A DNA stretch of 64,000 bases, taken from the NCBI GenBank assembly GCA_902800045.1, contig CADCCZ010000001.1, positions 537,346-601,345 of the forward strand, in the 5' to 3' direction. Below, in pieces: positions 28,792 to 38,888 of the stretch. Position 1 is the first letter of the stretch. Each line of letters opens with the position of its first letter. Below the pieces are notes generated by a model. It was given only the letters and a program-made list of their open reading frames with translations, made no database searches and was not told where the DNA came from. Position numbers and translations under genes: made by a program. This DNA comes from an uncultured Bacteroidia bacterium. Lineage in GTDB: Bacteria; Bacteroidota; Bacteroidia; Bacteroidales; ML635J-15.

Positions 28792-30756
28792 TCATCTTTT
28801 CATTAGCGCATTATTGTTCATAATGTAGTTTTCGAGCTTTTTGTATAGCTGGGGTAATTTGCTGAGCTTAATATCGTTTGTAGTAGGTTTTATGGTTAGC
28901 TTGTTTTCTGTTGTGTCGAACAGGAATATTCCGTCGTCGGTTATGTAGTTGAGTTTGTATGTGAGTCCGCTGCAATTGCGGCCAGCATTGTAATGCGGTG
29001 AGAATGCGTGGCTTTCGAAGTTTTTGCTAGTGTCGAGACCTGCATTAAGCCAAGATTCGGTTTCGGGTATGCATGCTCCGTGGTTGTTTTTTATATAAGC
29101 CAGCAGTGTTGGAGTTATGTCGCGATGTGTGGCTAGTGCTTGAAAACTTTGTGCCGACTTGAGCATTGGCGACCAGATAATTAGCGGAACTCTGAAATTT
29201 TCGATAGGATTCTCGCTTCCTGGTACAATATACATGTCGTTTGATGGGATAAACTTGTGGTCTCCTGTTATGATAAAGATTGTGTTGCTATACGACTCGC
29301 ATTCTTTGTATTTCTCGAGGAATTTTCGCAGGCAATTGTCGGTGTATAAGAATGAAGCATAACTGCTGATATATTTTTTTACTTTGAGTTTGTCTGGCTG
29401 TCCACATTGTTTTGCATCGTATATGCTGGTTAGTCTTTCCCTGTCGGGATAGTCGAACGGATCGTGTGTTGATAATGTCAGGTATACGTCGAGGCGAGGT
29501 GTATCTGCGGACTCTTTTACATTGTCGAGCGAATGTATGAGCAAATATTCGTCGCATAGTCCCCATTGGGTTCTAGCTTCAACATTTTCGAATTCGGGCT
29601 TGTCGTAGTACGTTTCCATCGAGTTGTTTTCGGCAAATATGTCCATGCTGTCGAATCCGTACCATCCTCCGTAGAAGAATGTATTTTTGTAGCCGTTGTC
29701 GTGCAATATGGAGGCTAGTGTATTGCAATTGGGCGCATCGCGGCGGTACGACAAGAAGCCTTTTTCTCCGAAAGGCAAGGCTCCAAGTACAGACGGCAAA
29801 ACTCCAAAAGTGCGTTCCGATGTCGAAAGGCAGTTTTCCCATACAAGCGCATGCTCCGACAGTGAGTCGAGGAAGGGTGTTGCCGATGTGACGGTGCTAT
29901 TTTTGCCGCTAATGTATTTGCATAGGCCTTCGACTATAATTATTGCAATGTTTGGCTTGGTATCGCTCTTTTCAAAGTATGGCGAAAGTACGTCTGCTGT
30001 GTTGTCCTTGTGCAGAAAAGGGTAGTGGTAGTCGATAAATTGGTATTCGGGAAAGTACGAGGCGAATTCTTCCGACATTTCCTTTAGTTCGCTGTCGGTG
30101 AACTCGATTATTGATTCGCCGTTGCGAAGGCTGTTGTACAGGTATACGGTTTTGCTTTCGATTATGTAGTATTCCTTGTCGTATCTGAATTTTTCCTTGT
30201 CGAGCCCCGGGAAGAATGCACAACCAATAAATATTACCATCATGGTGATTTTTGCCCATGCTGGCATGCTTATTTTTTCCCTCGGTATTGCTGCGAATGT
30301 TATGGCAGCGATGACTATTGCTATGACAATCGGAATGTTGTACGGACTGTTTGCCTTTATGGTTACAAAAAGTTCGCGTGGCGAATAAGCAGTGATGATG
30401 CTGTCGAGTGGCATATGTGTCGATGCAAAGTAGCCAACAAGAAGCATTGATATGCAAAGGTATGCTGCAAATATTATTCTAGTCGTGATGTTGGCTGCTT
30501 TTTGAGAGAATCGGCTGATTATTAAGTGTATAATAAAAAATGCTGCAATTATCCAGCCAATGTATGCCACGTCGACGGCAAAGCCAATGAGGTTGTTGAC
30601 AGAGATCATGGCGTCGTAGTCTGTTGCAAGAAGTGCTATGCTTTCGACAATTCTGACGGCGAACATTGCTTTTATAAGGGAAAGGCATTCAATGCAATAA
30701 TCGTTTAGTGGTTCGGTCAGCCACTTTATTTTGCCGATGAATCCTTTTCGCTCCAT
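28792..30756 (-). CDS. LTA-synthase-family sulfatase-like phosphotransferase (membrane-anchored)
   Basis: Five N-terminal TM segments are followed by an extracytoplasmic alkaline-phosphatase-superfamily domain (IIIVEGL...TSERTFG...LSTHDPF...IIITGDH). Confidence 0.7.
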   Translation of the reverse strand: MERKGFIGKIKWLTEPLNDYCIECLSLIKAMFAVRIVESIALLATDYDAMISVNNLIGFAVDVAYIGWIIAAFFIIHLIISRFSQKAANITTRIIFAAYLCISMLLVGYFASTHMPLDSIITAYSPRELFVTIKANSPYNIPIVIAIVIAAITFAAIPREKISMPAWAKITMMVIFIGCAFFPGLDKEKFRYDKEYYIIESKTVYLYNSLRNGESIIEFTDSELKEMSEEFASYFPEYQFIDYHYPFLHKDNTADVLSPYFEKSDTKPNIAIIIVEGLCKYISGKNSTVTSATPFLDSLSEHALVWENCLSTSERTFGVLPSVLGALPFGEKGFLSYRRDAPNCNTLASILHDNGYKNTFFYGGWYGFDSMDIFAENNSMETYYDKPEFENVEARTQWGLCDEYLLIHSLDNVKESADTPRLDVYLTLSTHDPFDYPDRERLTSIYDAKQCGQPDKLKVKKYISSYASFLYTDNCLRKFLEKYKECESYSNTIFIITGDHKFIPSNDMYIVPGSENPIENFRVPLIIWSPMLKSAQSFQALATHRDITPTLLAYIKNNHGACIPETESWLNAGLDTSKNFESHAFSPHYNAGRNCSGLTYKLNYITDDGIFLFDTTENKLTIKPTTNDIKLSKLPQLYKKLENYIMNNNALMKR

Positions 30757-30810
30757 GGTGTCTTGTTATGCTAATAAAACTTGCCAGACGTTATTTTATT
30801 GCCAATAAAT

Positions 30811-30837
30811 AAAAAAAACTGCAAGTTTTGCTCGCAG
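30811..30837 (-). terminator. terminator after tRNA-Arg
   Basis: The minus strand has CTGCGAG-caaaa-CTTGCAG, a 7-bp stem with one G-U pair, followed by T8, starting 9 nt after the tRNA 3' end. Confidence 0.65.
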
Positions 30838-30845
30838 TTTTTCGG

Positions 30846-30920
30846 TGACCCATGAAGAATTCGAATCCTCAACCTTCTGATCCGTAGTCAGATGCTCTAA
30901 TCCAATTGAGCTAATGGGCC
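30846..30920 (-). tRNA. tRNA-Arg (anticodon ACG)
   Basis: The reverse complement GGCCCATTAGCTCAATTGGATTAGAGCATCTGACTACGGATCAGAAGGTTGAGGATTCGAATTCTTCATGGGTCA folds as a cloverleaf with anticodon loop CTACGGA and T-loop TTCGAAT. Confidence 0.9.
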
Positions 30921-30934
30921 AAAATTTTCGACTG

Positions 30935-30942
30935 CAAAGGTA
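30935..30942 (-). promoter_or_regulatory. -7 promoter box (TACCTTTG) for tRNA-Arg
   Basis: The minus strand reads TACCTTTG 15 nt upstream of the tRNA 5' end, the same geometry as at tRNA-Phe. Confidence 0.55.
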
Positions 30943-30972
30943 CTGCTTTTTGTTTAATTGGCAAGGAAAATT

Positions 30973-31923
30973 TTATTTTTTTTCTTTGAGCAGGAATATT
31001 CCACCTATGGCTATTGGTATTCCGACATTTACGAGGTAGAGCAGGAGCGAGGCAAGTGCGATTGCGGTTTCCTGAGTGGTGAAAATTCCAATGAAAAGTA
31101 TTGCAAACGATACTCTGATTCCTAATTCGGCGGCGGCAATGCTCGGAATGAGGTAGGTGCAGATGTATGTCGCAAAGATTGCTGCAAATGCACTTTGCAC
31201 GGGAATGTCAATCCCGAAAAATCTTAGCGACAGGTAGAATTGCAGGCAAAAGACTGCATATCTTGCCATACTAAGCCCCAATGTTATAAGTTTGCTTTTT
31301 GTGCCTATTTCGCATTGCGGGACGTATTTCTCGAATTTCTTTTTTACAAATTTTATTCTGCCTATTGCGTTAACTATTTTGTCGAACTCGATGAAAATAA
31401 TGATAATTGCAATTCCGCATATTGCACTGATAATCATAAGTGTATTGAAATGAATTGCTTCGCTGATGCAATTGCCAATCGTTAGCAGCCCGACAATGCC
31501 GAAAATTACCGTTGCGCAGAATTGTGCGGTGTCGCCGAAGATGGTGAGGTACGATACTTTTGCCCTGTTTTCCTTCTGTACGAAAAGTATGCGGCCGGCA
31601 AATTCGCCTGCACGGTTAGGCGTGAGCGTGCCTACGGTTACTCCAGACATGACGGCTTTTAGGCATCTGCCGAAACCAATGTTCGGTTCGGAGCTTCTGA
31701 CAAGCATCTGCCATTTCCAGGTTTCTATCGTCCAGTTTATTGGCATAAGCAGAAGTATGGCAACAAGGACTAAGCTTCGCGAAAGTCCCATTTCCGAAAA
31801 GTATGTAGGCAGCTGGTAGATGTCGGGTGCAGTGGCAATTCTGTAGCCTGCATACGCGTAGGCGAGAACGACTATCGCAACCTTGATTGCAATTTTTAAT
31901 CGGTTTGCCGTCTTTCCGTCCAT
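30973..31923 (-). CDS. UPF0104 / lysylphosphatidylglycerol-synthase-TM-region-like (flippase-like) membrane protein
   Basis: This 316-aa polytopic membrane protein is a paralog of the upstream gene (TAATG overlap). The family call rests on architecture and motif resemblance only. Confidence 0.55.
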   Translation of the reverse strand: MDGKTANRLKIAIKVAIVVLAYAYAGYRIATAPDIYQLPTYFSEMGLSRSLVLVAILLLMPINWTIETWKWQMLVRSSEPNIGFGRCLKAVMSGVTVGTLTPNRAGEFAGRILFVQKENRAKVSYLTIFGDTAQFCATVIFGIVGLLTIGNCISEAIHFNTLMIISAICGIAIIIIFIEFDKIVNAIGRIKFVKKKFEKYVPQCEIGTKSKLITLGLSMARYAVFCLQFYLSLRFFGIDIPVQSAFAAIFATYICTYLIPSIAAAELGIRVSFAILFIGIFTTQETAIALASLLLYLVNVGIPIAIGGIFLLKEKK

Positions 31924-32915
31924 TATTTGTCTTTGTTTACAACTGGTATTAGTATGGTGGAAATCAGTCCGAACACTATTATCAGCAGGGTTTGTAGTCC
32001 ATGTGCTACAAGTGCAAATGCGGCTCCTGTTTCGCTTGCGATGCCGTAGATTATAAGTGTCTGTATTATCATGAAGTGGTACGATCCCATTCCGTTAGGT
32101 GACGGTACTATCATGCCGAAACTTCCAGCAACAAAGAGCATTAGCGCGGCAAGTACGTTAAGTTCACTTAGTTCTTCGAAGGCAAAGAAGCAGAAATATA
32201 GCATCAGGAAGTACAATGTCCATATCAGGAACGAATGAAAGATAATGCCTGCTTTGTGCTGGGCATTCTTCAAGCTAAGAATGCCTGTCCACAAGCCGTT
32301 TATAAACTTCGAGATTTTCTGGCAAATCACGAAGCGGTCGAGTTTGCCCTTGGCGATTACTATGAGCAGACAGAGTCCGGCAATTCCTATTATGGCAAGT
32401 ATCGTTATTGTCAGCGGGGAGAATATCTTTGCAAGATTGTCCTTAATTTCGGGGTGTTGCGCTATAAAGTCTCCGAAAACGTTGGCCTGGGTTGCAAATG
32501 CGACGACGGTAAGTATTGCAACGAGTATAAGGTCGAGAAGTCTTTCGCTGACTACGGTGCCGAGAACTTTCGAGAAATCTTGCTTTTCGTAGCGCGAAAT
32601 GAGTGCGCAGCGTGTAACTTCGCCTAAACGCGGGATTGCAAGGTTGGCAAAATAGGCGTTCAGTACGGCGAAAAATGTATTTATGAAACGTGGCTTTTCG
32701 CCTGTGGTTTCGAGCAGAAGCTGCCAGCGGCGGGCGCGACTGATGTGGCTCAGTAAGCTTATCAATGCGGCGGGAACCAGCCAGCCCCATTTTATCGCCG
32801 ACATCGTGTCGAAGAAGTTTCCAAAGTCGAAGTCCTTGTAAACCAGCATGAATATGGCTATGCCGAAGCCAATGAACAAGGCAATTTTTATGGCAGTTTT
32901 CAGTTTTTTGTTCAT
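31923..32915 (-). CDS. UPF0104 / flippase-like domain membrane protein
   Basis: A polytopic membrane protein with SHISRARRWQLLL and RLGEVTRC motifs typical of the LPG_synthase_TM family. The start is taken at MNKKLKTAIK. Confidence 0.6.
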   Translation of the reverse strand: MNKKLKTAIKIALFIGFGIAIFMLVYKDFDFGNFFDTMSAIKWGWLVPAALISLLSHISRARRWQLLLETTGEKPRFINTFFAVLNAYFANLAIPRLGEVTRCALISRYEKQDFSKVLGTVVSERLLDLILVAILTVVAFATQANVFGDFIAQHPEIKDNLAKIFSPLTITILAIIGIAGLCLLIVIAKGKLDRFVICQKISKFINGLWTGILSLKNAQHKAGIIFHSFLIWTLYFLMLYFCFFAFEELSELNVLAALMLFVAGSFGMIVPSPNGMGSYHFMIIQTLIIYGIASETGAAFALVAHGLQTLLIIVFGLISTILIPVVNKDK

Positions 32916-32964
32916 ACTGGAAATTTTTTGCAAATATATCATTTTTTATTCCGACTTTTGCGCT

Positions 32965-33726
32965 ATGGTTAGAGCAAAAAAATATCTAGGACAACATTTT
33001 CTCACCGATGTGAGTATTGCGGCACGTATTGCCGAGGCTTTGCATAACGAATCCGACCTTCCTGTGCTTGAAATAGGTCCTGGTACAGGTGTACTTACAC
33101 GCGAACTTGTAAAACGTAATTTCCGTAATCTTACTTTGGTAGAGATTGATACGGAATCTGTTGATTATTTAAAGGATAACTTTGATAATTCAAAGTTTAA
33201 TTTGCTCGAAGCCGATTTCCTGAAAATGGACTTGGCTGCCTTTTGTGATTCCGAAATGTGCATAATCGGGAATTTCCCATACAACATTTCCAGTCAGATT
33301 TTTTTCAAGGCATTGGAAAATAGGGAAAAGGTTTCGGAAATTGTCTGCATGATACAAAAGGAAGTCGCCGAGCGCATTGCTTCTAAGGAAGGCAGCAAGG
33401 TCTATGGCATTTTGAGTGTGCTGATGCAATTATATTATAGGTGCGAATATCTGTTCACCGTTCACGAGCACGTTTTCAATCCACCGCCAAAGGTAAAGTC
33501 GGGGGTAGTAAGGTTTGTGCGCTACCGTTCGGCAATCGAGGGTGTTGACGAGAAGAAACTTTTTATGGTTGTGAAGACGGCTTTCAACCAACGCCGCAAG
33601 ACTTTGCGCAATTCGCTCAAGTCGATGCTCACACCCCAAGTCGATATGTCGCATCGTTTCTGGAATCTTCGTCCCGAACAGCTTTTTCCCGAGGAATTTG
33701 TGGAATTGACCAACATGATAAAATAA
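32965..33726 (+). CDS. rsmA: 16S rRNA (adenine1518/1519-N6)-dimethyltransferase RsmA/KsgA
   Basis: It has KKYLGQHFL, VLEIGPGTGVLT (SAM site) and GNFPYNISS motifs. The start is taken at MVRAKKYLGQ (32965). Confidence 0.92.
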   Translation: MVRAKKYLGQHFLTDVSIAARIAEALHNESDLPVLEIGPGTGVLTRELVKRNFRNLTLVEIDTESVDYLKDNFDNSKFNLLEADFLKMDLAAFCDSEMCIIGNFPYNISSQIFFKALENREKVSEIVCMIQKEVAERIASKEGSKVYGILSVLMQLYYRCEYLFTVHEHVFNPPPKVKSGVVRFVRYRSAIEGVDEKKLFMVVKTAFNQRRKTLRNSLKSMLTPQVDMSHRFWNLRPEQLFPEEFVELTNMIK

Positions 33727-33757
33727 AAAAAACGCTGCAATTTGCAGCGTTTTTTTT
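33724..33757. terminator. bidirectional rho-independent terminator
   Basis: The sequence A8-AACGCTGCAA-t-TTGCAGCGTT-T7 lies between convergent genes. Confidence 0.8.
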
Positions 33758-33777
33758 CGTTTATGAAAAATTCAATT

Positions 33778-34581
33778 TTAATACATCTCAAGTATCGGAT
33801 AAATGTTTCTGTCGAGTGAAAGTCTGATGAGTTTGATTTTTCTCAGGTAGTCGTTTTCGGTCTTGTTGATTTCGTCAACTTCCTTCTGGTACTCTTTCTT
33901 CCATTCGTCATCGGCAAAAGTGAAGGTTCTGAGGATTGTACCTTGGTCGGGGTCGCTTGCAGTCGGGCTTACGATCCAAGAGTACTTTTTACCTTTCTGG
34001 TAAATCTTATCGTCAAACTTAACAACGAATGCGCTGTCGGTTGTTGCGTAGTTGTCAATTACCGGTTCGCCCGATTCTTCGTCGTAAATCTTCAGGTATA
34101 ATTTCTTCTGCTTAGGATTTGCCCAGTTGAGAACGACATAGTTTTCAACAACCATTGCATCGTCGAACGGGTCGCGGATGATGTCGCCAACAGCACGGTA
34201 AACGCCACCGCTCTTGCGTTCCTTCTGCGAATTCTGAATCATATTGTTTGCAATATAGTTGAAGAATTCCTGGGTAAGGTTGCTGTTACCTACATCTTCG
34301 TAAATCTTGTTAAGGTCTGGAACAGAATAGGTTCCCGGAGTGTTAATTCCCATTGGAACGTCGTTCTTGTTGGTAAGTACAACGTACGAGCCAGCAGGAA
34401 CCTTCAAAGAACTCTTCGAAGATATGTAGCTGTCCCTCACGAGGTTGGTTTCTACCTTCTTGTCAACAATCTTCGGGCTTCCCGAGAAGTAGAAAACCTT
34501 ATATTCACTTGTCTGAGCGCTTAAACTTATTGCGAATAAACTCAAACCTAACAATGCTGCGTAAAACTTTATTCCTTTCAT
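33778..34581 (-). CDS. hypothetical secreted protein (partner of CHASE2 protein)
   Basis: A signal peptide MKGIKFYAALLGLSLFAISLSAQ is present at 267 aa. The start lies 77 nt inside the 3' end of the upstream CHASE2 ORF. I recognise no family. Confidence 0.55.
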   Translation of the reverse strand: MKGIKFYAALLGLSLFAISLSAQTSEYKVFYFSGSPKIVDKKVETNLVRDSYISSKSSLKVPAGSYVVLTNKNDVPMGINTPGTYSVPDLNKIYEDVGNSNLTQEFFNYIANNMIQNSQKERKSGGVYRAVGDIIRDPFDDAMVVENYVVLNWANPKQKKLYLKIYDEESGEPVIDNYATTDSAFVVKFDDKIYQKGKKYSWIVSPTASDPDQGTILRTFTFADDEWKKEYQKEVDEINKTENDYLRKIKLIRLSLDRNIYPILEMY

Positions 34582-35821
34582 CTTTCGTGTATTTAAATGT
34601 TTGCGTTATAAATGAATCTATCTTAAATAATTCTAATGTTTCTTCGTACAAATATAAAACTTCAATACAGAATATCAACATAATTCCAGTAGGCATCATA
34701 TCAACTTTTATGCCAAACTCTTTCATTACGTAATAAGAAATTAATAAAACTACTGCAATAAGTAAAAATTGTATTGGTTTAGAAAGTATATCGAAGAATT
34801 TGGCACCGAACACATACCAGTAAACCAGCCACAAAACGAAGAAGAATGTTATTATGAACGCTATGGCTTTGTTTTGCCAAGGCTCAAGTGTGACTAGGCA
34901 GTCGTCGTTCATTATCATGCTGATGGCGTGTGCGTGGATTTCGATTCCCTTTGCATCGTAGCCGTCGCAGCGTTCCAGTGGTGTGAAAAAGGCGTCGATA
35001 GTGTCCATAGGTGCGCCCTTGTACATTCCGAGGTAGCCCATAAGCACGATTTTGTCCTTGAGCATGCTCAGGTTGCACGAGTCGTTCACGTCTTCGTAGT
35101 CAATCTTTATGAACGGCATGCTGCCGCCTCGGTAGTTGATGCTTTCGAGCTGCTTCTTGTTGCGTTTTGCGAATCGCATGAACATTTCGTTGTCGTACAT
35201 GCTGACGATTGCAGCCGAGAATGCGTTTATTGTGACAGTGTCGTGGTTTATCGAGTCGGTAAAACGGATGAACTTGTCGAATTCGCGGCAGGTCAGAGGC
35301 TCGTTTTGCAGCTCGCAGTGACCGTATGGCAGGTCACCGAAGAATTCGCTTGTGCGGATAACACCTACGGCCTTGTCGGGGTCATCTTCGTCGTATATGC
35401 CGAACGCTCCCATTACAATGTTTTGTTTGGTGTTCAAGGCTTGCTTAAGTGCCATGTCCTCCATTATTTCTTGGATGTTGCCGTTTTTCGGTTCCTTGAA
35501 TACTGCATCGATACCGATTACGCGAGGCTCGAACTTCTCGATGATGTTTATCTTCTGGGCAAGTTCGCCACGGCTGAGGTCGCCAATGTTTACTATATAT
35601 ATATTGGTATCGGTCTTGTAAATGTCGTCCTTGCGGCTCATTTCCGAATAGACGAGGTCGCTGTAGTCGAAGTTGTCGATGTAGTCGTCGAATGGGTTGA
35701 ACAGGTCAACCGAATCGATTATGCTCCACATGAATACGACTACTATAGCCGTAAAAACGGTAATAAGTCCAGCATCAAGCAACAGCAGCGGACCATATTT
35801 TTCTGGATATTTTCTTGCCAT
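34505..35821 (-). CDS. stand-alone CHASE2 domain membrane protein
   Basis: One N-terminal TM segment, a ~300-aa extracytoplasmic domain (IYIVNIGDLSR...RVIGIDAVF...) and three C-terminal TM segments make up the CHASE2 architecture. No output domain is present. Confidence 0.65.
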   Translation of the reverse strand: MARKYPEKYGPLLLLDAGLITVFTAIVVVFMWSIIDSVDLFNPFDDYIDNFDYSDLVYSEMSRKDDIYKTDTNIYIVNIGDLSRGELAQKINIIEKFEPRVIGIDAVFKEPKNGNIQEIMEDMALKQALNTKQNIVMGAFGIYDEDDPDKAVGVIRTSEFFGDLPYGHCELQNEPLTCREFDKFIRFTDSINHDTVTINAFSAAIVSMYDNEMFMRFAKRNKKQLESINYRGGSMPFIKIDYEDVNDSCNLSMLKDKIVLMGYLGMYKGAPMDTIDAFFTPLERCDGYDAKGIEIHAHAISMIMNDDCLVTLEPWQNKAIAFIITFFFVLWLVYWYVFGAKFFDILSKPIQFLLIAVVLLISYYVMKEFGIKVDMMPTGIMLIFCIEVLYLYEETLELFKIDSFITQTFKYTKDERNKVLRSIVRFEFIRNKFKRSDK

Positions 35822-35841
35822 CTCTTATATTATTTGCGTTG

Positions 35842-35849
35842 CAAAGTTA
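35842..35849 (-). promoter_or_regulatory. -7 promoter box (TAACTTTG) of the CHASE2 operon
   Basis: The minus strand reads TAACTTTG about 20 nt upstream of the ATG at 35821. Confidence 0.5.
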
Positions 35850-35925
35850 GCAATAAAATCTGATTTGGATAATGGAAGAGAAAAATCTTTTATTTTGAAA
35901 AATATGTTGAAATGGCTTTAGCCAT

Positions 35926-36414
35926 TTACATTTCTTTTCTTCTCAGCGTAATGTATGTAAATGGTGGTTCACCATCGAGATGTTCTTCTGTTTCAATGGT
36001 TTCCCATTCGTTCATGTTGAGGGAGGGGAAGAAGGTGTCGGCTTCGTATGAGCGATGTACGCGCGTGAGGTAAATCTTGGTCGTGTATGGCAGAAACTGC
36101 CTGTAAACCGATTCTCCGCCAATTATGAACACTTCGTCGCTGTCGCATAGGGTAAGTGCCTGTTCGATGTTCTTGGTTGTGTAAGCACCTTCGAAAATGG
36201 CATCGCCACTGGTGAGAATTATGTTCTTGCGGTCGGGTAGGGGGCGCTTGGGGAACGAAAGATAAGTTTTGCGTCCCATTATTATGGAATGTCCGGTTGT
36301 TATCGCCTTGAAGCGCTTGAGGTCGCCGCTGATGTGCCACAGCAGGTTGTTGTCCTTGCCGATGGCTCCGTTTTCGGCAACGGCCACTATCATAGTTATC
36401 TGTTTGTCTGTCAT
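35926..36414 (-). CDS. folA: dihydrofolate reductase
   Basis: [20 protein letters not shown]...GRKTY.S...PLPDR.N...IGGESVY is the DHFR signature. The gene overlaps thyA by 4 nt. Confidence 0.92.
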   Translation of the reverse strand: MTDKQITMIVAVAENGAIGKDNNLLWHISGDLKRFKAITTGHSIIMGRKTYLSFPKRPLPDRKNIILTSGDAIFEGAYTTKNIEQALTLCDSDEVFIIGGESVYRQFLPYTTKIYLTRVHRSYEADTFFPSLNMNEWETIETEEHLDGEPPFTYITLRRKEM

Positions 36415-37205
36415 ACCGATACTTCTGCTTTAATGTGTGGATATGGATTGTAGTCTACCAATTCGAAATCTTCGTACTTGAACGAGAAAATATCCTTCAC
36501 ATTTGGATTTATCTTCATCTTTGGCAGCGGACGCGGAGTGCGTTCCAATTGGGTGTGAACCTGTTCGAGATGGTTGAGATAAATATGGGCATCGCCAAAA
36601 GTATGGATGAATTCTCCGTACTGGTATCCGCAAACCTGTGCCAACATCATGGTTAGCAATGCGTAGGATGCAATGTTGAATGGCACTCCGAGGAAAAGGT
36701 CGGCACTACGTTGGTAAAGCTGGCACGAAAGTTTTCCGTCGGCAACATAGAACTGGAACAGTGCGTGGCAAGGCGGAAGTGCCATGTTGTCGATGTCGGC
36801 GACATTCCATGCGCTAACGATGTGGCGGCGCGAGTCTGGATTTTCTTTCAGCGACTTCACAAGGTTCGAAATCTGGTCGATGGTCTGTCCGTCGGGAGTT
36901 TTCCACGAACGCCACTGGTAGCCATACACATGACCGAGGTCGCCGTTTTCGTCGGCCCATTCGTCCCAGATGCGTACTCCGTTGTCGTTCAGGTATTTTA
37001 TATTGGTGTCGCCAGCCAAGAACCACAGCAGTTCGTGGATTATCGACTTTAGGTGCAACTTCTTGGTTGTGAGGCAGGGAAAACCGTCCTGCAGGTTGAA
37101 GCGCATCTGATGTCCAAAAACGCTTATCGTGCCGGTTCCCGTGCGGTCGCTCTTGCGTACGCCTTCGTCGAGTACGCGCTGTAGTAGGTCGAGATATTGT
37201 TTCAT
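36411..37205 (-). CDS. thyA: thymidylate synthase (ThyA)
   Basis: [29 protein letters not shown] and the catalytic PPCH ([13 protein letters not shown]) are present, at 264 aa. Confidence 0.95.
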   Translation of the reverse strand: MKQYLDLLQRVLDEGVRKSDRTGTGTISVFGHQMRFNLQDGFPCLTTKKLHLKSIIHELLWFLAGDTNIKYLNDNGVRIWDEWADENGDLGHVYGYQWRSWKTPDGQTIDQISNLVKSLKENPDSRRHIVSAWNVADIDNMALPPCHALFQFYVADGKLSCQLYQRSADLFLGVPFNIASYALLTMMLAQVCGYQYGEFIHTFGDAHIYLNHLEQVHTQLERTPRPLPKMKINPNVKDIFSFKYEDFELVDYNPYPHIKAEVSV

Positions 37206-37615
37206 CAGTTGAACAGTTTTTTCTTTTTTCCGTGTGTATGTGCTTTGTGGTGAGGCTTTTCGTCAATGTCGTTGAAATCAGTGAAATTATCGTTGAAATC
37301 CTCATCCATACCGTCGTCAAAGTCCTCGTTCATAGGTTGCGACATCGTTATCAGTGGAAGGTATGCTTGTTCTTTCTCGTCCCATGCAATGTCGACATTT
37401 AGCACCAATGCATTTTCGATGTATAGTTTGACGGCCATTTCCCTTTCTTGCCTTGTAGCATGTATTTCAACAAATCTGAACTGGTCGATCAGAGTTTTAA
37501 AAACCTTTTGGTAGTCCGATTCGGATAGCAGAATCTTGCTGTCGTAATCGGGAATAATGGGAAAATCGACCTTTATGGCACTTTCGGGACCTATGTATGT
37601 CAATAGGACTTTCAT
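37205..37615 (-). CDS. hypothetical protein with acidic/His-Lys C-terminal tail
   Basis: This 136-aa ORF is wedged between the nucleoside permease (1-nt gap) and thyA (1-nt overlap). Its C-terminus is [30 protein letters not shown]. The start is taken at MKVLLTYIG. Confidence 0.5.
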   Translation of the reverse strand: MKVLLTYIGPESAIKVDFPIIPDYDSKILLSESDYQKVFKTLIDQFRFVEIHATRQEREMAVKLYIENALVLNVDIAWDEKEQAYLPLITMSQPMNEDFDDGMDEDFNDNFTDFNDIDEKPHHKAHTHGKKKKLFN

Positions 37616-37616
37616 G

Positions 37617-38888
37617 TTATTTTGTCTCTCTTTCGTGTTTGTACTTGAAGCAGATTGCGAACAGTACTGCAACTATAAGTGCGTAGCCTGCAAAGATATA
37701 CCAGCTTGTCTGCCAGCCGTTCCAAACGTTCATGGCACCTTCCTGCGAATATACAAAGTGGTTTACAACAGCCTGTGCTGCCAAAGTGCCTATTGTTGCG
37801 CCTATTCCGTTGGTCATTAGGAAGAAAAGTCCCTGAGCAGATGAGCGGATAGATGTGTCGGTTTCCTTATCGACGAAGAGCGAACCGCTGATGTTGAAGA
37901 AGTCGAATGCCACACCGTAAACTATGCACGACAGAATGAACATCCATACTCCCGAACCAGGGTTGCCAAGTCCGAACAGACCGAAACGAAGTACCCAAGC
38001 GAACATTGCAATAAGCATAACCTTCTTTATGCCGAATCGCTTTAGGAAGAATGGGATTAGCAATATGCACAATGTTTCGGAAATCTGCGACAGCGAAATC
38101 AGAATGTTTGCGTGCTGTACGCCAAAGGTGTCGGCATATTCGGTTATACCGCCGAAACTTGTCAAGAAGGGGTTTGCAAAACCGTTTGTTATTTGAAGCG
38201 AAACGCCGAGCAACATCGAGAAAATGAAGAATATAGCCATCTTCTTCTGTTTGAACAGCGAGAATGCGCGTAGTCCGAATGCATCGACAAAGGATTTGGA
38301 TGCTGCCTTGTTTGTCGGACATTGAGGCATTGTGAACGAGTATATTGCGAGTACAATTCCAATTCCACCGCTTACAACAAACTGAGCTGCAGTAGGTTGG
38401 AATCCGAGCAGGTCAACAATCCACATTGTGCAGATGAAACCGATTGTTCCAAAGATACGAATTGGCGGGAAAGCCTTTACCGTGTCGAGTCCAGCTTTGT
38501 CGAGAGCGTTGTAAGCCACTGAGTTCGATAGAGCCAAAGTTGGCATGTAGAAAGCCACAGCAACGCTGTAAATTGAGAACAAAACGCCAAACTGCACAGC
38601 ATCGCCAGCCATTATTCCGTACAAGCCTGCACAAAGCATTGCTATACCAGAAATTGCGTGGCATAGTCCTAATGTTTTCTGCGCTTGTATCCATCTGTCG
38701 GCGATTATACCCATGAGAGCCGGCATAAATATCGAAACAATACCTTGTATAGAGTAAAATAAGCCGATTTGTCCACCCATGTTGTGGTTGAACAAATAGG
38801 TTCCCATGCAGGTTAGGTATGCTCCCCAGATTGCAAACTGGAGAAAATTCATCACGATAAGTCTGAATTTGATTCCGCTGTTATTCAT
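37617..38888 (-). CDS. MFS nucleoside:H+ symporter (NupG/XapB family)
   Basis: A 12-TM protein with N-terminus KFRLIVMNFLQFAIWGAYLT, typical of the NHS family, at 423 aa. Confidence 0.8.
   Translation of the reverse strand: MNNSGIKFRLIVMNFLQFAIWGAYLTCMGTYLFNHNMGGQIGLFYSIQGIVSIFMPALMGIIADRWIQAQKTLGLCHAISGIAMLCAGLYGIMAGDAVQFGVLFSIYSVAVAFYMPTLALSNSVAYNALDKAGLDTVKAFPPIRIFGTIGFICTMWIVDLLGFQPTAAQFVVSGGIGIVLAIYSFTMPQCPTNKAASKSFVDAFGLRAFSLFKQKKMAIFFIFSMLLGVSLQITNGFANPFLTSFGGITEYADTFGVQHANILISLSQISETLCILLIPFFLKRFGIKKVMLIAMFAWVLRFGLFGLGNPGSGVWMFILSCIVYGVAFDFFNISGSLFVDKETDTSIRSSAQGLFFLMTNGIGATIGTLAAQAVVNHFVYSQEGAMNVWNGWQTSWYIFAGYALIVAVLFAICFKYKHERETK

Noticed and set aside
34505-34581. The 77-nt overlap between the CHASE2 gene and the downstream gene, considered as evidence of a frameshifted single gene (pseudogene)
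   Set aside because: The downstream ORF begins with a complete signal peptide, and the upstream ORF ends after its third C-terminal TM segment with a basic tail. Both look complete, so I treat the overlap as genuine or as a slightly mis-set boundary rather than a disruption.
34928-35863. Long antisense ORFs: 34928-35863, 43738-44484, 52207-52848, 57650-58309, 10477-11124, 6773-7489, 9614-10147 and 22857-23438
   Set aside because: Each lies fully within, and opposite to, a CDS with strong family motifs (CHASE2, TPR protein, ATPase, HsdM, Fsa, M16, TypA, DUF2723). Their skewed Val/His/Arg/Cys composition is typical of shadow frames.
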